64,000 nucleotides of DNA from Escherichia coli. GTDB lineage: Bacteria > Pseudomonadota > Gammaproteobacteria > Enterobacterales > Enterobacteriaceae. The translations under genes and the position numbers were made by a program. The stretch is taken from the NCBI RefSeq assembly GCF_003018115.1, contig NZ_CP027457.1, one strand, 5' to 3'. Positions 18,708-28,815 of the stretch are shown here, in pieces; the stretch's first letter is position 1; every line of letters starts with the position of its first letter. The notes under the pieces are model-generated. The model was not told the origin of the DNA and searched no databases. It saw nothing but the letters and a program-made list of their open reading frames with translations.

Positions 18708-18909
18708 CAGAGAGCTTGTTGATGCCGCCATTAAGCTTGCTGGTGATTTTTATTCAATGATGGGGTACACGCATCGCCCAGGCTTCAAATATTGGGAGTC
18801 TCCGCACCCGCAAGAGCAACTGGTATTTCAAATGGCCTGCCGTGCTTTTGAGGTTATTCGCGGTTCTGATGTGATGGACGCCGTTGCCGACTTGGAGGAT
18901 GAAGAGTGA
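18685..18909 (+). CDS. Hypothetical protein (about 74 aa)
   Basis: GTG at 18685 preceded by AAAGGAGG; overlaps the Lar 3' end in another frame. Confidence 0.45.
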   Translation: MSGKRMTNRELVDAAIKLAGDFYSMMGYTHRPGFKYWESPHPQEQLVFQMACRAFEVIRGSDVMDAVADLEDEE

Positions 18910-19358
18910 GCAAGATTGACTATCAGGCACTGCGTGAAAAGGCAGAGAAAGCAACGTGTGGGGTGTGGTCGCTCGAATATGGAGAGGAGAGATTTGATGC
19001 TGATGATGCGCTAATTCATCGTGAAGTTGTTGGATATCTTCCCATTTGCAGAATTGAAGGAGCGCATCCAGAAAGCGGTTTCGATGAAGATTTCCAAATG
19101 GAACAGCAGGCCAATGCTGAATTCATCGCCGCAGCCAATCCAGCTACCGTGCTGGCGCTGCTGGATGAGCTGGAAGCCAAAGACAAGCGGATTGCTGACA
19201 TGGAGGCGCGGGAGGTTGTACTGCCGCGTGCGCACGATGTTCACCCATTAGGGCCGCAGGCGGCGAAAATTTTTTGTGAGTTTCACCGGAGTATCGTGAA
19301 CAGATGCGCCGATGAGATTCGCAAGGTTGGCATCAAAGTCAGCATCAAGGGGAATTAG
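18906..19358 (+). CDS. Ea22-like early protein
   Basis: 150-aa ORF with AAANPATVLALLDELEAKDKRIADME motif typical of Ea22-family proteins. Confidence 0.45.
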   Translation: MSKIDYQALREKAEKATCGVWSLEYGEERFDADDALIHREVVGYLPICRIEGAHPESGFDEDFQMEQQANAEFIAAANPATVLALLDELEAKDKRIADMEAREVVLPRAHDVHPLGPQAAKIFCEFHRSIVNRCADEIRKVGIKVSIKGN

Positions 19359-19362
19359 GGAT

Positions 19363-19896
19363 ATGGCTGAACTAACCAAAGAATGGCTGAAGCAAACTAT
19401 CGCTGAATACGAAGCCAATCGTGATGAATTACCGTTTGGACTGGATACCAACAGTGCCATTGGGCTTCAGGCGTTCAAGTTGGCGCTGGCATCGCTGGAA
19501 GCAGAGCCGGTGGCGTGGGAGGTAACCTTCACGCAAATTGACCGTGAATATAACACGTTCACTGGTATGTATCCTGACAAAGCAGAAGTCGAACGGTGGG
19601 TGCGTCTGCATAAAGCATGTAATTTTCGGGCAGATATAACACCGCTTTATACCGCCAAGCCAGTGCCGGTAACTCCGGATGGTTGGATAAGCTGTAGTGA
19701 GCGAATGCCGGAAAAGAATCAGAACGTGCTTATTTCGGTGAATTTCGATAGCTCTCTGGTTGAACCGCTAATATGCTCCGCACGCTATACAGGAAGCACA
19801 TTCCGGCGAGGGGAAGCAACGATTAAGCCGGGTAATGGTATTGAGCAGGCAACTCACTGGATGCCGCTACCAGAACCGCCGCAGGAGGCGAAATGA
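19363..19896 (+). CDS. DUF551-like phage protein
   Basis: About 177-aa ORF with C-terminal ATHWMPLPEPP motif seen in DUF551 prophage proteins. Confidence 0.5.
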   Translation: MAELTKEWLKQTIAEYEANRDELPFGLDTNSAIGLQAFKLALASLEAEPVAWEVTFTQIDREYNTFTGMYPDKAEVERWVRLHKACNFRADITPLYTAKPVPVTPDGWISCSERMPEKNQNVLISVNFDSSLVEPLICSARYTGSTFRRGEATIKPGNGIEQATHWMPLPEPPQEAK

Positions 19897-20153
19897 TGGA
19901 TGTAAAAGAGAAGGTTTTGCAGGTGATGCGTTCCCGGGCTGCCCTGCAAGATAAAGCTCTCGGCGGGGAATATCAATTCAGGATGGCAACCTGGAATCTG
20001 CGGTTGGCAATGGAGAAGGAATTTCCTGATGAAGAATGGCGTTCGGCAGATTTGCGCAAAATTCTTATGGAGCTGGCTAAAGACGGAGCAGTATCCAAAG
20101 ATACCTATGCCAGCCGGATTGGTCAGGCGGTATGGAGACTGGAGGTGCGGTAA
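19893..20153 (+). CDS. Hypothetical protein (86 aa)
   Basis: ORF with ATGA overlap to upstream gene. Confidence 0.5.
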   Translation: MMDVKEKVLQVMRSRAALQDKALGGEYQFRMATWNLRLAMEKEFPDEEWRSADLRKILMELAKDGAVSKDTYASRIGQAVWRLEVR

Positions 20154-20247
20154 TGGCTAACCTGCAACTTGCCGTCAAAGGTGAATAACAATCCTCGCAC
20201 TCGCGGGGATTTCTTTTATCTGAACTCGCTATGGCGGGTTTTGTTTT

Positions 20248-20559
20248 ATGGAGATGATTATGGCCTATTCAACATTCAACCCTTTAACGTTACAGAAATA
20301 CCAGACAGACCCTGAAGATTTATGCTCACTGTGTGGCGGAAATCATGGTAAAGCAGCCATGATCGAATGTAAGGACAAAATCCACATTTGCCTTAATTGC
20401 GTTGATGTCCTCGTTGATATCAAAAATGAAAGAGAAGATAAAAAGCGTAGCGAGGCTATTCGCGCCTTAGATTCATGGATGCGAGATGGGTATAGTGCTG
20501 CGCAAATTTATGACTTAGCCATTTCAAAAGGCGAAATACCAGGTGTGCGAATCGAATAA
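20248..20559 (+). CDS. Small Cys-rich protein (CxxC...CxxC; about 99-103 aa)
   Basis: Motifs CSLCGG and CLNCVD. Confidence 0.5.
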   Translation: MEMIMAYSTFNPLTLQKYQTDPEDLCSLCGGNHGKAAMIECKDKIHICLNCVDVLVDIKNEREDKKRSEAIRALDSWMRDGYSAAQIYDLAISKGEIPGVRIE

Positions 20560-20594
20560 GAAGCGCACTCAAGCATCTTTTGGAGAAATCACAA

Positions 20595-20762
20595 ATGCAC
20601 TTCCGAGTCACAGGTGAATGGAATGGAGAGCCATTCAACAGAGTTATCGAAGCAGAGAACATCAATGACTGCTATGACCACTGGATGATATGGGCGCAGA
20701 TAGCACATGCAGAAGTAACCAATATTCGAATTGAAGAACTGAAAGAACACCAAGCCGCCTGA
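20595..20762 (+). CDS. Hypothetical protein (55 aa)
   Basis: ORF MHFRVTGEWNGEPF... ending in an intrinsic terminator. Confidence 0.4.
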   Translation: MHFRVTGEWNGEPFNRVIEAENINDCYDHWMIWAQIAHAEVTNIRIEELKEHQAA

Positions 20763-20776
20763 TGGCGGTTTTTTCT
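20753..20776 (+). terminator. Intrinsic terminator upstream of xis
   Basis: GCCGCC-TGAT-GGCGG hairpin followed by TTTTTTCTT. Confidence 0.65.
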
Positions 20777-20801
20777 TGCGTGTAATTGCGGAGACTTTGC
20801 G

Positions 20802-21020
20802 ATGTACTTGACACTTCAGGAGTGGAACGCACGCCAGCGACGCCCAAGAAGCCTTGAAACAGTTCGTCGATGGGTGCGCGAATGCAGGATATTCCCACCA
20901 CCGGTTAAGGATGGAAGAGAGTATCTGTTCCACGAATCAGCGGTAAAGGTTGACTTAAATCGACCAGTAACAGGTAGCCTTTTGAAGAGGATCAGAAATG
21001 GGAAGAAGGCGAAGTCATGA
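20802..21020 (+). CDS. xis: Excisionase (lambda Xis-type)
   Basis: 72-aa ORF MYLTLQEWNARQRRPRSLETVRRWVRECRIFPPPVKDGREYLFHESAVKV..., recognised as lambda Xis; overlaps int start. Confidence 0.85.
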   Translation: MYLTLQEWNARQRRPRSLETVRRWVRECRIFPPPVKDGREYLFHESAVKVDLNRPVTGSLLKRIRNGKKAKS

Positions 21021-22068
21021 GCGCCGGGATTTACCCCCTAACCTTTATATAAGAAACAATGGATATTACTGCTACAGGGACCCAAGGACGGGTAAAGAGT
21101 TCGGATTAGGCAGAGACAGGAGGATAGCAATCACTGAAGCTATACAGGCCAACATTGAGTTATTTTCAGGACACAAACACAAGCCTCTGACAGCGAGAAT
21201 CAACAGTGATAATTCTGTTACGTTACATTCATGGCTTGATCGCTACGAAAAAATCCTCGCCAGCAGAGGAATCAAGCAGAAGACACTCATAAATTACATG
21301 AGCAAAATTAAAGCAATAAGGAGGGGGCTGCCTGATGTTCCACTTGAAGACATCACCACAAAAGAAATTGCGGCAATGCTCAATGGATACATAGACGAGG
21401 GCAAGGCGGCATCAGCCAAGTTAATCAGATCAACACTGAGCGATGCATTCCGAGAGGCTATAGCTGAAGGCCATATAACAACAAACCCGGTCGCTGCTAC
21501 TCGCGCAGCAAAATCAGAGGTAAGGAGATCAAGGCTTACGGCTGACGAATACCTGAAAATTTATCAAGCAGCAGAATCATCACCATGTTGGTTAAGACTT
21601 GCAATGGAACTGGCTGTTGTTACCGGACAGCGAGTTGGTGATTTATGCGAAATGAAGTGGTCTGATATCGTAGATGGATATCTTTATGTCGAGCAAAGCA
21701 AAACAGGCGTAAAAATTGCCATCCCAACAGCATTGCATGTTGATGCTCTCGGAATATCAATGAAGGAAACACTTGATAAATGCAAAGAGATTCTTGGCGG
21801 AGAAACCATAATTGCATCTACTCGTCGTGAACCGCTTTCATCCGGCACAGTATCAAGGTATTTTATGCGCGCACGAAAAGCATCAGGTCTTTCCTTCGAA
21901 GGGGATCCGCCTACCTTTCACGAGTTGCGCAGTTTGTCTGCAAGACTCTATGAGAAGCAGATAAGCGATAAGTTTGCTCAACATCTTCTCGGGCATAAGT
22001 CGGACACCATGGCATCACAGTATCGTGATGACAGAGGCAGGGAGTGGGACAAAATTGAAATCAAATAA
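20998..22068 (+). CDS. int: Tyrosine integrase (lambda Int-type, 356 aa)
   Basis: 356-aa ORF MGRRRSHERRDLPPNLYIRNNGYYCYRDPRTGKEFGLGRDRR..., recognised as lambda Int; transcribed toward the att junction. Confidence 0.9.
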   Translation: MGRRRSHERRDLPPNLYIRNNGYYCYRDPRTGKEFGLGRDRRIAITEAIQANIELFSGHKHKPLTARINSDNSVTLHSWLDRYEKILASRGIKQKTLINYMSKIKAIRRGLPDVPLEDITTKEIAAMLNGYIDEGKAASAKLIRSTLSDAFREAIAEGHITTNPVAATRAAKSEVRRSRLTADEYLKIYQAAESSPCWLRLAMELAVVTGQRVGDLCEMKWSDIVDGYLYVEQSKTGVKIAIPTALHVDALGISMKETLDKCKEILGGETIIASTRREPLSSGTVSRYFMRARKASGLSFEGDPPTFHELRSLSARLYEKQISDKFAQHLLGHKSDTMASQYRDDRGREWDKIEIK

Positions 22069-22141
22069 TGATTTTATTTTGACTGATAGTGACCTGTTCG
22101 TTGCAACAAATTGATAAGCAATGCTTTTTTATAATGCCAAC

Positions 22142-22156
22142 TTAGTATAAAAAAGC
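22142..22156. other. attL core (lambda 15-bp common core, complement of GCTTTTTTATACTAA) at the prophage-host junction
   Basis: TTAGTATAAAAAAGC preceded by lambda P'-arm-like sequence and followed by host AGGCTTCA. Confidence 0.8.
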
Positions 22157-22202
22157 AGGCTTCAACGGATTCATTTTTCTATTTCATAGCCCGGAGCAAC
22201 CT

Positions 22203-23486
22203 GTGAACACATTTTCAGTTTCCCGTCTGGCGCTGGCATTGGCTTTTGGCGTGACGCTGACCGCCTGTAGCTCAACACCACCCGATCAACGTCCTTCTGA
22301 TCAAACTGCGCCTGGTACCTCTTCTCGCCCGATTCTGTCGGCAAAAGAAGCGCAGAATTTCGATGCTCAACACTATTATGCATCCCTGACACCAGGTGCT
22401 GCAGCGTGGAATCCGTCCCCGATAACCCTGCCTGCGCAACCTGACTTTGTTGTCGGCCCGGCGGGTACTCAAGGTGTAACGCATACCACGATTCAGGCGG
22501 CGGTAGATGCGGCAATTATCAAGCGCACCAACAAGCGCCAGTATATTGCCGTGATGCCTGGTGAGTATCAGGGAACGGTGTATGTCCCTGCTGCTCCAGG
22601 TGGAATTACTCTGTACGGTACAGGTGAAAAACCGATTGATGTGAAGATTGGGCTTTCCCTTGATGGGGGCATGAGCCCTGCCGACTGGCGTCACGACGTC
22701 AACCCGCGCGGCAAATATATGCCAGGTAAACCAGCGTGGTATATGTACGATAGCTGCCAGCGCAAACGCAGCGACAGTATCGGTGTTCTGTGTTCTGCGG
22801 TCTTCTGGTCACAAAACAATGGCCTGCAACTGCAAAATCTGACCATCGAAAACACGCTGGGCGATAGCGTAGATGCAGGTAACCATCCGGCGGTGGCACT
22901 GCGTACTGACGGTGACCAGGTACAGATTAACAACGTTAACATTCTCGGTCGTCAGAACACCTTCTTTGTCACCAACAGCGGTGTGCAGAACCGTCTGGAA
23001 ACGAATCGTCAGCCGCGTACGCTGGTGACCAACAGCTACATTGAAGGGGATGTGGATATCGTTTCTGGTCGCGGCGCAGTGGTGTTCGATAACACCGAAT
23101 TCCGCGTGGTGAACTCACGTACTCAGCAAGAAGCGTATGTGTTTGCACCGGCTACGCTGTCCAACATCTATTACGGTTTCCTCGCCGTAAACAGCCGTTT
23201 CAATGCTTCCGGTGATGGCGTGGCGCAACTGGGCCGCTCGCTGGATGTTGATGCCAATACCAACGGTCAGGTGGTGATCCGTGATAGCGCCATCAACGAA
23301 GGTTTTAACACGGTTAAACCGTGGGGCGATGCGGTGATCTCTAATCGTCCGTTTGCGGGTAATACCGGCAGCGTTGACGATAGCGACGAAATACAGCGCA
23401 ATCTGAATGACACTAACTACAACCGCATGTGGGAATACAATAACCGCGGCGTGGGTAGCAAAGTGGTTGCAGAGGCGAAGAAGTAA
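22203..23486 (+). CDS. ybhC: Pectinesterase-like outer-membrane lipoprotein YbhC
   Basis: 427-aa ORF with lipoprotein signal (LTACSS); position adjacent to attB-lambda. Confidence 0.9.
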   Translation: MNTFSVSRLALALAFGVTLTACSSTPPDQRPSDQTAPGTSSRPILSAKEAQNFDAQHYYASLTPGAAAWNPSPITLPAQPDFVVGPAGTQGVTHTTIQAAVDAAIIKRTNKRQYIAVMPGEYQGTVYVPAAPGGITLYGTGEKPIDVKIGLSLDGGMSPADWRHDVNPRGKYMPGKPAWYMYDSCQRKRSDSIGVLCSAVFWSQNNGLQLQNLTIENTLGDSVDAGNHPAVALRTDGDQVQINNVNILGRQNTFFVTNSGVQNRLETNRQPRTLVTNSYIEGDVDIVSGRGAVVFDNTEFRVVNSRTQQEAYVFAPATLSNIYYGFLAVNSRFNASGDGVAQLGRSLDVDANTNGQVVIRDSAINEGFNTVKPWGDAVISNRPFAGNTGSVDDSDEIQRNLNDTNYNRMWEYNNRGVGSKVVAEAKK

Positions 23487-23501
23487 GAGCTATTAACTAT
23501 T

Positions 23502-23612
<111 letters not shown>

Positions 23613-23626
23613 TCACATGGCGCTTT

Positions 23627-25888
23627 TTACATCTGACGGTTTTTATTGAAGTTAATCAAACTACCCGCCTTGATAATCTCGCGCTCTTCAGCAGTCAGAC
23701 TTTCCATATAGAGCGTAATTTCCGTTACCGGCGCATCTTCATGGATCACATAACCTTTAAACGTCGTACCCGGATTATCCAGCGCCGCTTTAATGCCAGG
23801 GATGTAAATGTAATCCCCCACTTCAAAGGTTGGCACTTCCGCCATTTGCAGCGGTAACATCCCCCAGTTGATGACGTTAGAACGATAGCGTTTAGTCGCG
23901 TACTCCTCGGCAATATTCGCCAGACCGCCAATCACACGCTGGCAGCTCGCCGCCTGTTCACGCGCAGAACCATCGCCTGGTTTCACCGCATAGACCATGC
24001 TGCCAATTTCAGTTTGCAGCGGATCAATATGCTCCTGACCAGCAATCTGCTTAATGCGCGCAAACACCTCTGTCAGCTCGCTGACATTCCCCGCCAGACG
24101 CTGATTTTCCAGCTCAGCAGTCGCTTTACTTCTGCCAACATAACCGGGATCGCGGCGAGACAGGGTAAACTCCGCCAGACCAATCGGATTTGAACGATAA
24201 GAAGAGGTTTCACCGGAAGGGATCAGTTCGTCGGTGGTGGTCACTTCGTCGAGGATCTTCGAGCACACTTTGAGGACGATATTGTCAGTCAGCGCACCTA
24301 ATTCCGGCCAGTCTTTAATGTTCGGTCCGTAAATCAGCGGTTGCTGAGTTGCCCCTTTCACAAAGCCCTGATAAACACGGTTTTTATACGGCGTTACATC
24401 GAAGGCGTACTCCGGCACGTTGTCCCAGCAATCGAGTTCGCTGGCAGAAGTTAAATAGCCACCGTTTCCCGCAGTCGCAGCGATAGAACGAGCGTCCATC
24501 AACGCCACCGCTGACATCTGCCCATTAGCTGGCTTAGAGCCTTCGCGGTTCGGGAAGTTACGCGTGGTGTGGCGAATACTTAAACCGTTGTTGATTGGCG
24601 TATCGCCCGCGCCAAAGCATGGGCCGCAGAACGCGGTTCTGATGATTGCGCCTGCGCCAATCAAATCTGCTACCACACCTTTTTTGGCGAGATCCATAAA
24701 CACCGGCTGTGATGACGGGTAAACCGCCAGCGAGAAGGTGTCATTGCCACAGGATTGACCGCGCAGTGCATTCGCCGCCGCGATGACGTTTTCGTAGTTA
24801 CCGCCAGAACAGCCCGCGATAATCCCCTGCTGCACTTTCAGGCGACCATTTTCCACTTTATCCAGCAGCGAGAGTTTGGCTTTACCGTGCGCCACGCGCT
24901 CGGACTCAATTTCAATCTCACGTAGAATGTCGGTCAGGTTCTGGTTCAGCGTGTCGATTTCATACACGTTGCTCGGGTGGAACGGCAGCGCAATCATTGG
25001 TTTGATGGCGCTTAAATCAACGCTGATGCAGCCATCGTAGTACGCCATCGGTTGAGGGTTAAGCTGGCAGTAATCCTGGCCGCGACCGTGCAGCGCCAGC
25101 CAGTTATGCACTTCTTCATCGGTTTGCCAGACAGAACTTAAACAGGTCGTTTCAGTGGTCATAACGTCAACACTGTTACGGAAATCGGTAGAGAGCGCAG
25201 CAATACCGGGACCTACGAATTCCATCACTTTGTTTTTGACGTAGCCGTTTTTGAACACGGCACCGATGATAGCCAGCGCCACATCCTGCGGCCCCACATA
25301 CGGCGCTGGTTTTCCGGTCAGATGCACCGCAACAACTCCCGGATAGTCGATATCCCAGGTGTCATTAAGCAATTGTTTTACCAACTCGCCGCCGCCCTCA
25401 CCGACTGCCATTGTCCCTAATGCACCGTAACGGGTGTGACTGTCTGACCCGAGGATCATTTTGCCGCCACCTGCCATCATCTCACGCATATATTGATGGA
25501 TGACCGCAATATGCGGAGGCACAAAAATACCGCCATAACGCTGAGCCGCCGATAAACCAAAAACATGGTCATCACCGTTAATGGTGCCGCCGACGGCGCA
25601 AAGTGAGTTATGGCAGTTGGTCAGCACATACGGCAGCGGGAAACGTTCCATACCGGACGCTTTAGCGGTCTGTACTATACCAACAAAGGTAATATCGTGA
25701 GAGGCTAATGAATCAAACTTAATTTTAAGTTTATCCATATTTCCGGACGTATTATGAGAAGAGAGAATAGACCAGGCAATAGTGCCTTTTTTGGCTTCTT
25801 CTTTTTTAATTTCGCCGGTGAAATGTTCTTCGGCAATTATTTCGTTATTACTGGCGAGAAACACGCCTTTTTCAGATAACTTGATCAT
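23627..25888 (-). CDS. ybhJ: Aconitase-family protein YbhJ
   Basis: ORF of about 753 aa (start MIKLSEKG) with aconitase-type Cys ligand motifs. Confidence 0.85.
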   Translation of the reverse strand: MIKLSEKGVFLASNNEIIAEEHFTGEIKKEEAKKGTIAWSILSSHNTSGNMDKLKIKFDSLASHDITFVGIVQTAKASGMERFPLPYVLTNCHNSLCAVGGTINGDDHVFGLSAAQRYGGIFVPPHIAVIHQYMREMMAGGGKMILGSDSHTRYGALGTMAVGEGGGELVKQLLNDTWDIDYPGVVAVHLTGKPAPYVGPQDVALAIIGAVFKNGYVKNKVMEFVGPGIAALSTDFRNSVDVMTTETTCLSSVWQTDEEVHNWLALHGRGQDYCQLNPQPMAYYDGCISVDLSAIKPMIALPFHPSNVYEIDTLNQNLTDILREIEIESERVAHGKAKLSLLDKVENGRLKVQQGIIAGCSGGNYENVIAAANALRGQSCGNDTFSLAVYPSSQPVFMDLAKKGVVADLIGAGAIIRTAFCGPCFGAGDTPINNGLSIRHTTRNFPNREGSKPANGQMSAVALMDARSIAATAGNGGYLTSASELDCWDNVPEYAFDVTPYKNRVYQGFVKGATQQPLIYGPNIKDWPELGALTDNIVLKVCSKILDEVTTTDELIPSGETSSYRSNPIGLAEFTLSRRDPGYVGRSKATAELENQRLAGNVSELTEVFARIKQIAGQEHIDPLQTEIGSMVYAVKPGDGSAREQAASCQRVIGGLANIAEEYATKRYRSNVINWGMLPLQMAEVPTFEVGDYIYIPGIKAALDNPGTTFKGYVIHEDAPVTEITLYMESLTAEEREIIKAGSLINFNKNRQM

Positions 25889-26070
25889 TAAATGCTCCAG
25901 ATATCTGCGCACCGTGAAGTGCGCAAAAAGATAATAAATGGATATACTCTAAATAATTCGAGTTGCAGGAAGGCGACAAGCGAGTGAATCCCCAGGAGCT
26001 TACATAAGTAAGTGACTGGGGTGAGCGAACGCAGACTCAGCACATGCAACTTGAAGTATGACGAGTATAT

Positions 26071-27504
26071 TTACAGCATGTTCCAGCCGATCAGCATATT
26101 CCACCACCACACTCCGAGGGTGATATGCACCAGGAAGGTTAATATCGTCAGTACCGCACCGACCAACCACCAGGATTTAATATCGTTATAACCCACGCCA
26201 AAGATGACCGGACCTGCCGCGCCGCCATAGTGAGTAACCATGCCGCCATAGGAGTTGGAGAACAACAGTGCCAGCGCGGTTAACATTAACGGTGCGCCGG
26301 AGACGTTCGCCAGCATGGCAAATACCGGTAACATAGCAACGATATAGGCACTACCGGAAGCGAAGAAATAACGCACGATGATGCTGAGGAAAATAATAAC
26401 GAAGAAAGCAACGTTACCGTGACCATCAAATGCCAGGTTATTTTTAAAGACTTCAGCTAACCATTCGAAAAATTTAACTTTCGATAATAAGGAGCTTAAG
26501 CCGATAATACCGCCGTACCAGATTAAGGTATTCCAGCCGCCTTTATTTTTAACCACGTCTTCCCAGGTAACGATACCCAGCAGCAGCATAGTCGCCATAA
26601 CAACGATTGCCACGGTGGATTCATCAACCCCCAGAGACTTACTGAAAATCCAGCCCAGCAGCGCCAGCACAAAGACACCGAGCAGCATTTTTTCGCGGAT
26701 TTTCATCGGTCCCAGTTCGGCAAGGCCCGCTTTAGCGATGGTTTTGTTATCCACCTTCTTAATTTCTGGTGGATACATGGTGTAAATCACCAGCGGGGTG
26801 ACCAGCAGCATAATGATGCCCGGCAATCCGGCGGCCAGCGCCCATCCACCCCAGCTAATTTGCAGGTGCAGAATGTCGTTGATCATTTTCAGCGCCAGAA
26901 TGTTCCCCGCCATTGCGGTAAAGAACATATAGCTGGTGGTTTTGGTGACCATGTAAATGGACATCATCAGGTAATGTCCGACACGACGCGGACTTTTTTC
27001 CGGTTCGGACCCCAAAGCCACCGCCACGCTGTTGATGATCGGTAACACAATGCCGCCCGCACGCGCGGTGTTAGACGGTGTTGCCGGAGCCAGTACCAGA
27101 TCGAGGAATACCGTAACGTAACCCAGACCCAGCGTGGTGTTACCGATTTTACCAATCAGCAGATAGGCAATACGTTTACCTAAACCGGTGGTCACAAATG
27201 CGGCGCTTAAGGTAAACGCCGAGAACACCAGCCAGGTAGTACCTGAAGAGTAACCGCTTAATACGGCGGTGGTTTTAAACGCACCGTCGGATAAGTTACC
27301 GACCACCACCATGGAGGCAGCAACGGCAATTAACAGTACGACAGGTTCCGGGAAAGGCTTGATAACCAGCCCCACAATGGCCGCCAGGTAAATACCAAAA
27401 AGCACCCACGCCAGTTCGCTTAATCCTGCCGGAGCTGGCATAAAGCCAATAATACATGGGATCGCTAATATGAGAATTAGCTTCCATAACGATTTCTTAT
27501 TCAT
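26071..27504 (-). CDS. ybhI: Anion (DASS-family) transporter YbhI
   Basis: 477-aa polytopic membrane ORF in conserved position. Confidence 0.85.
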   Translation of the reverse strand: MNKKSLWKLILILAIPCIIGFMPAPAGLSELAWVLFGIYLAAIVGLVIKPFPEPVVLLIAVAASMVVVGNLSDGAFKTTAVLSGYSSGTTWLVFSAFTLSAAFVTTGLGKRIAYLLIGKIGNTTLGLGYVTVFLDLVLAPATPSNTARAGGIVLPIINSVAVALGSEPEKSPRRVGHYLMMSIYMVTKTTSYMFFTAMAGNILALKMINDILHLQISWGGWALAAGLPGIIMLLVTPLVIYTMYPPEIKKVDNKTIAKAGLAELGPMKIREKMLLGVFVLALLGWIFSKSLGVDESTVAIVVMATMLLLGIVTWEDVVKNKGGWNTLIWYGGIIGLSSLLSKVKFFEWLAEVFKNNLAFDGHGNVAFFVIIFLSIIVRYFFASGSAYIVAMLPVFAMLANVSGAPLMLTALALLFSNSYGGMVTHYGGAAGPVIFGVGYNDIKSWWLVGAVLTILTFLVHITLGVWWWNMLIGWNML

Positions 27505-27579
27505 TTAAAATCCTGTTCTTTCTGTATGACTCATACAGAAGTCCTTTATTGATTGTCCTTATCCTGACAACGAATCTTT

Positions 27580-28632
27580 TCAGGGAAGATAAACTTCACC
27601 GGAAAATATTTTTCTGGTCGTCCGAATAACAGATGCGCGTAACGTCGTGGCATCCTGACCTTCATTAGTTAAATGAACGTCGAGCGCACCACTGGGGTGT
27701 TCAATATTGATATTGCCATATCCTACAGAAGGGATGATTTGTCGGGTGACGGTGCCTTCCAATGCACAACTACTGGAAATAGCAATAGCACCGGTTATCG
27801 CCAACGCGCGATGGCAAGAATGCGGCATAAAATAACGCACATTAATTGCCCCGCCTTTCTGCGCTGGAGAAATAAGCACAGGTTTAGGGATAACCATATT
27901 ACTGACATCACCTAAGCCCATTGCTTTACCCGCTTGTAGACGGATAGATTCAATGCGGGCTAATAATGCTTTGTCGGCATCCAGTTCCGCCGGTAATTCA
28001 TAGCCTGTTTTTCCCAGATATTCAGCCGGAATAATGACGACTGGCATCGCCATATCGATACAGGTCACCGGGACATCGTCAAAATAATCAATCTGATTAT
28101 CAGTCGGGAAAACTTTTCCGGTTTTGGTTCCAGCGGCATTCAGGAAAGTGAGCGCAACCGGTGCGGCAGTACCCGGTACGCCGTCAATTCTGGCGCTACC
28201 CTCGTACTCGACAACACCATTTGGCGTTTGCACATCAGCTTCGATGAACGTACCCGTATTGACGTTGCGGATACGTACACGGGTAACTGGCGAAGTCGCT
28301 GCAATCAAACCATTTTCAATGGCGAATGCGCCAACGCCAGACAGCATATTGCCGCAGTTAGGCGTGGTATCGACACGTTGCTCATGGACGATAACTTGAG
28401 CAAACAGATAATCAACATCAGCACGCGGATCGCTGGAACGGCTAATAATGGCGACTTTACTAGTCAGCGGATTACCGCCGCCAATACCGTCAATTTCCAG
28501 ATCGTTACCGGAACCCATAATTGCCATCAATATTTTATCGCGCTGCGTTTGATCTTCGGGTAAATGTTCCGCTAACAGGAACGCGCCCCTCGAGGTTCCA
28601 CCTCGCATCATCACGCAGGGTATTTTTTTCAT
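27580..28632 (-). CDS. ybhH: PrpF/AcnD-accessory-like isomerase YbhH
   Basis: 350-aa ORF, conserved neighbour of ybhI. Confidence 0.8.
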   Translation of the reverse strand: MKKIPCVMMRGGTSRGAFLLAEHLPEDQTQRDKILMAIMGSGNDLEIDGIGGGNPLTSKVAIISRSSDPRADVDYLFAQVIVHEQRVDTTPNCGNMLSGVGAFAIENGLIAATSPVTRVRIRNVNTGTFIEADVQTPNGVVEYEGSARIDGVPGTAAPVALTFLNAAGTKTGKVFPTDNQIDYFDDVPVTCIDMAMPVVIIPAEYLGKTGYELPAELDADKALLARIESIRLQAGKAMGLGDVSNMVIPKPVLISPAQKGGAINVRYFMPHSCHRALAITGAIAISSSCALEGTVTRQIIPSVGYGNINIEHPSGALDVHLTNEGQDATTLRASVIRTTRKIFSGEVYLP

Positions 28633-28815
28633 AATAATGCCCTCAATTTAAAAACATAACTTATTGCGATATGGTTACATTAAGGACAAAGCATCTCTAA
28701 TGACTTTAGCTCAACGATTAATAACATTTTTTCATTAATTTAAGTTGGCTAAATGCAGTTAAAATTTTTAACGACCAGCCACCCAAAATCGTCGCTTCCA
28801 TTTTCCGGAGTAATA

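Larger units (their letters stand above)
1..22156. mobile_element. Lambdoid prophage, left portion (packaging genes through int); integrated at lambda attB; other end lies outside the window
   Basis: Contiguous phage gene order portal-terL-terS-rha-Rz-R-S-Q-nin-helicase-O-cII-cro-cI-N-cIII-recT-xis-int, ending at a lambda att core next to ybhC. Confidence 0.9.
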
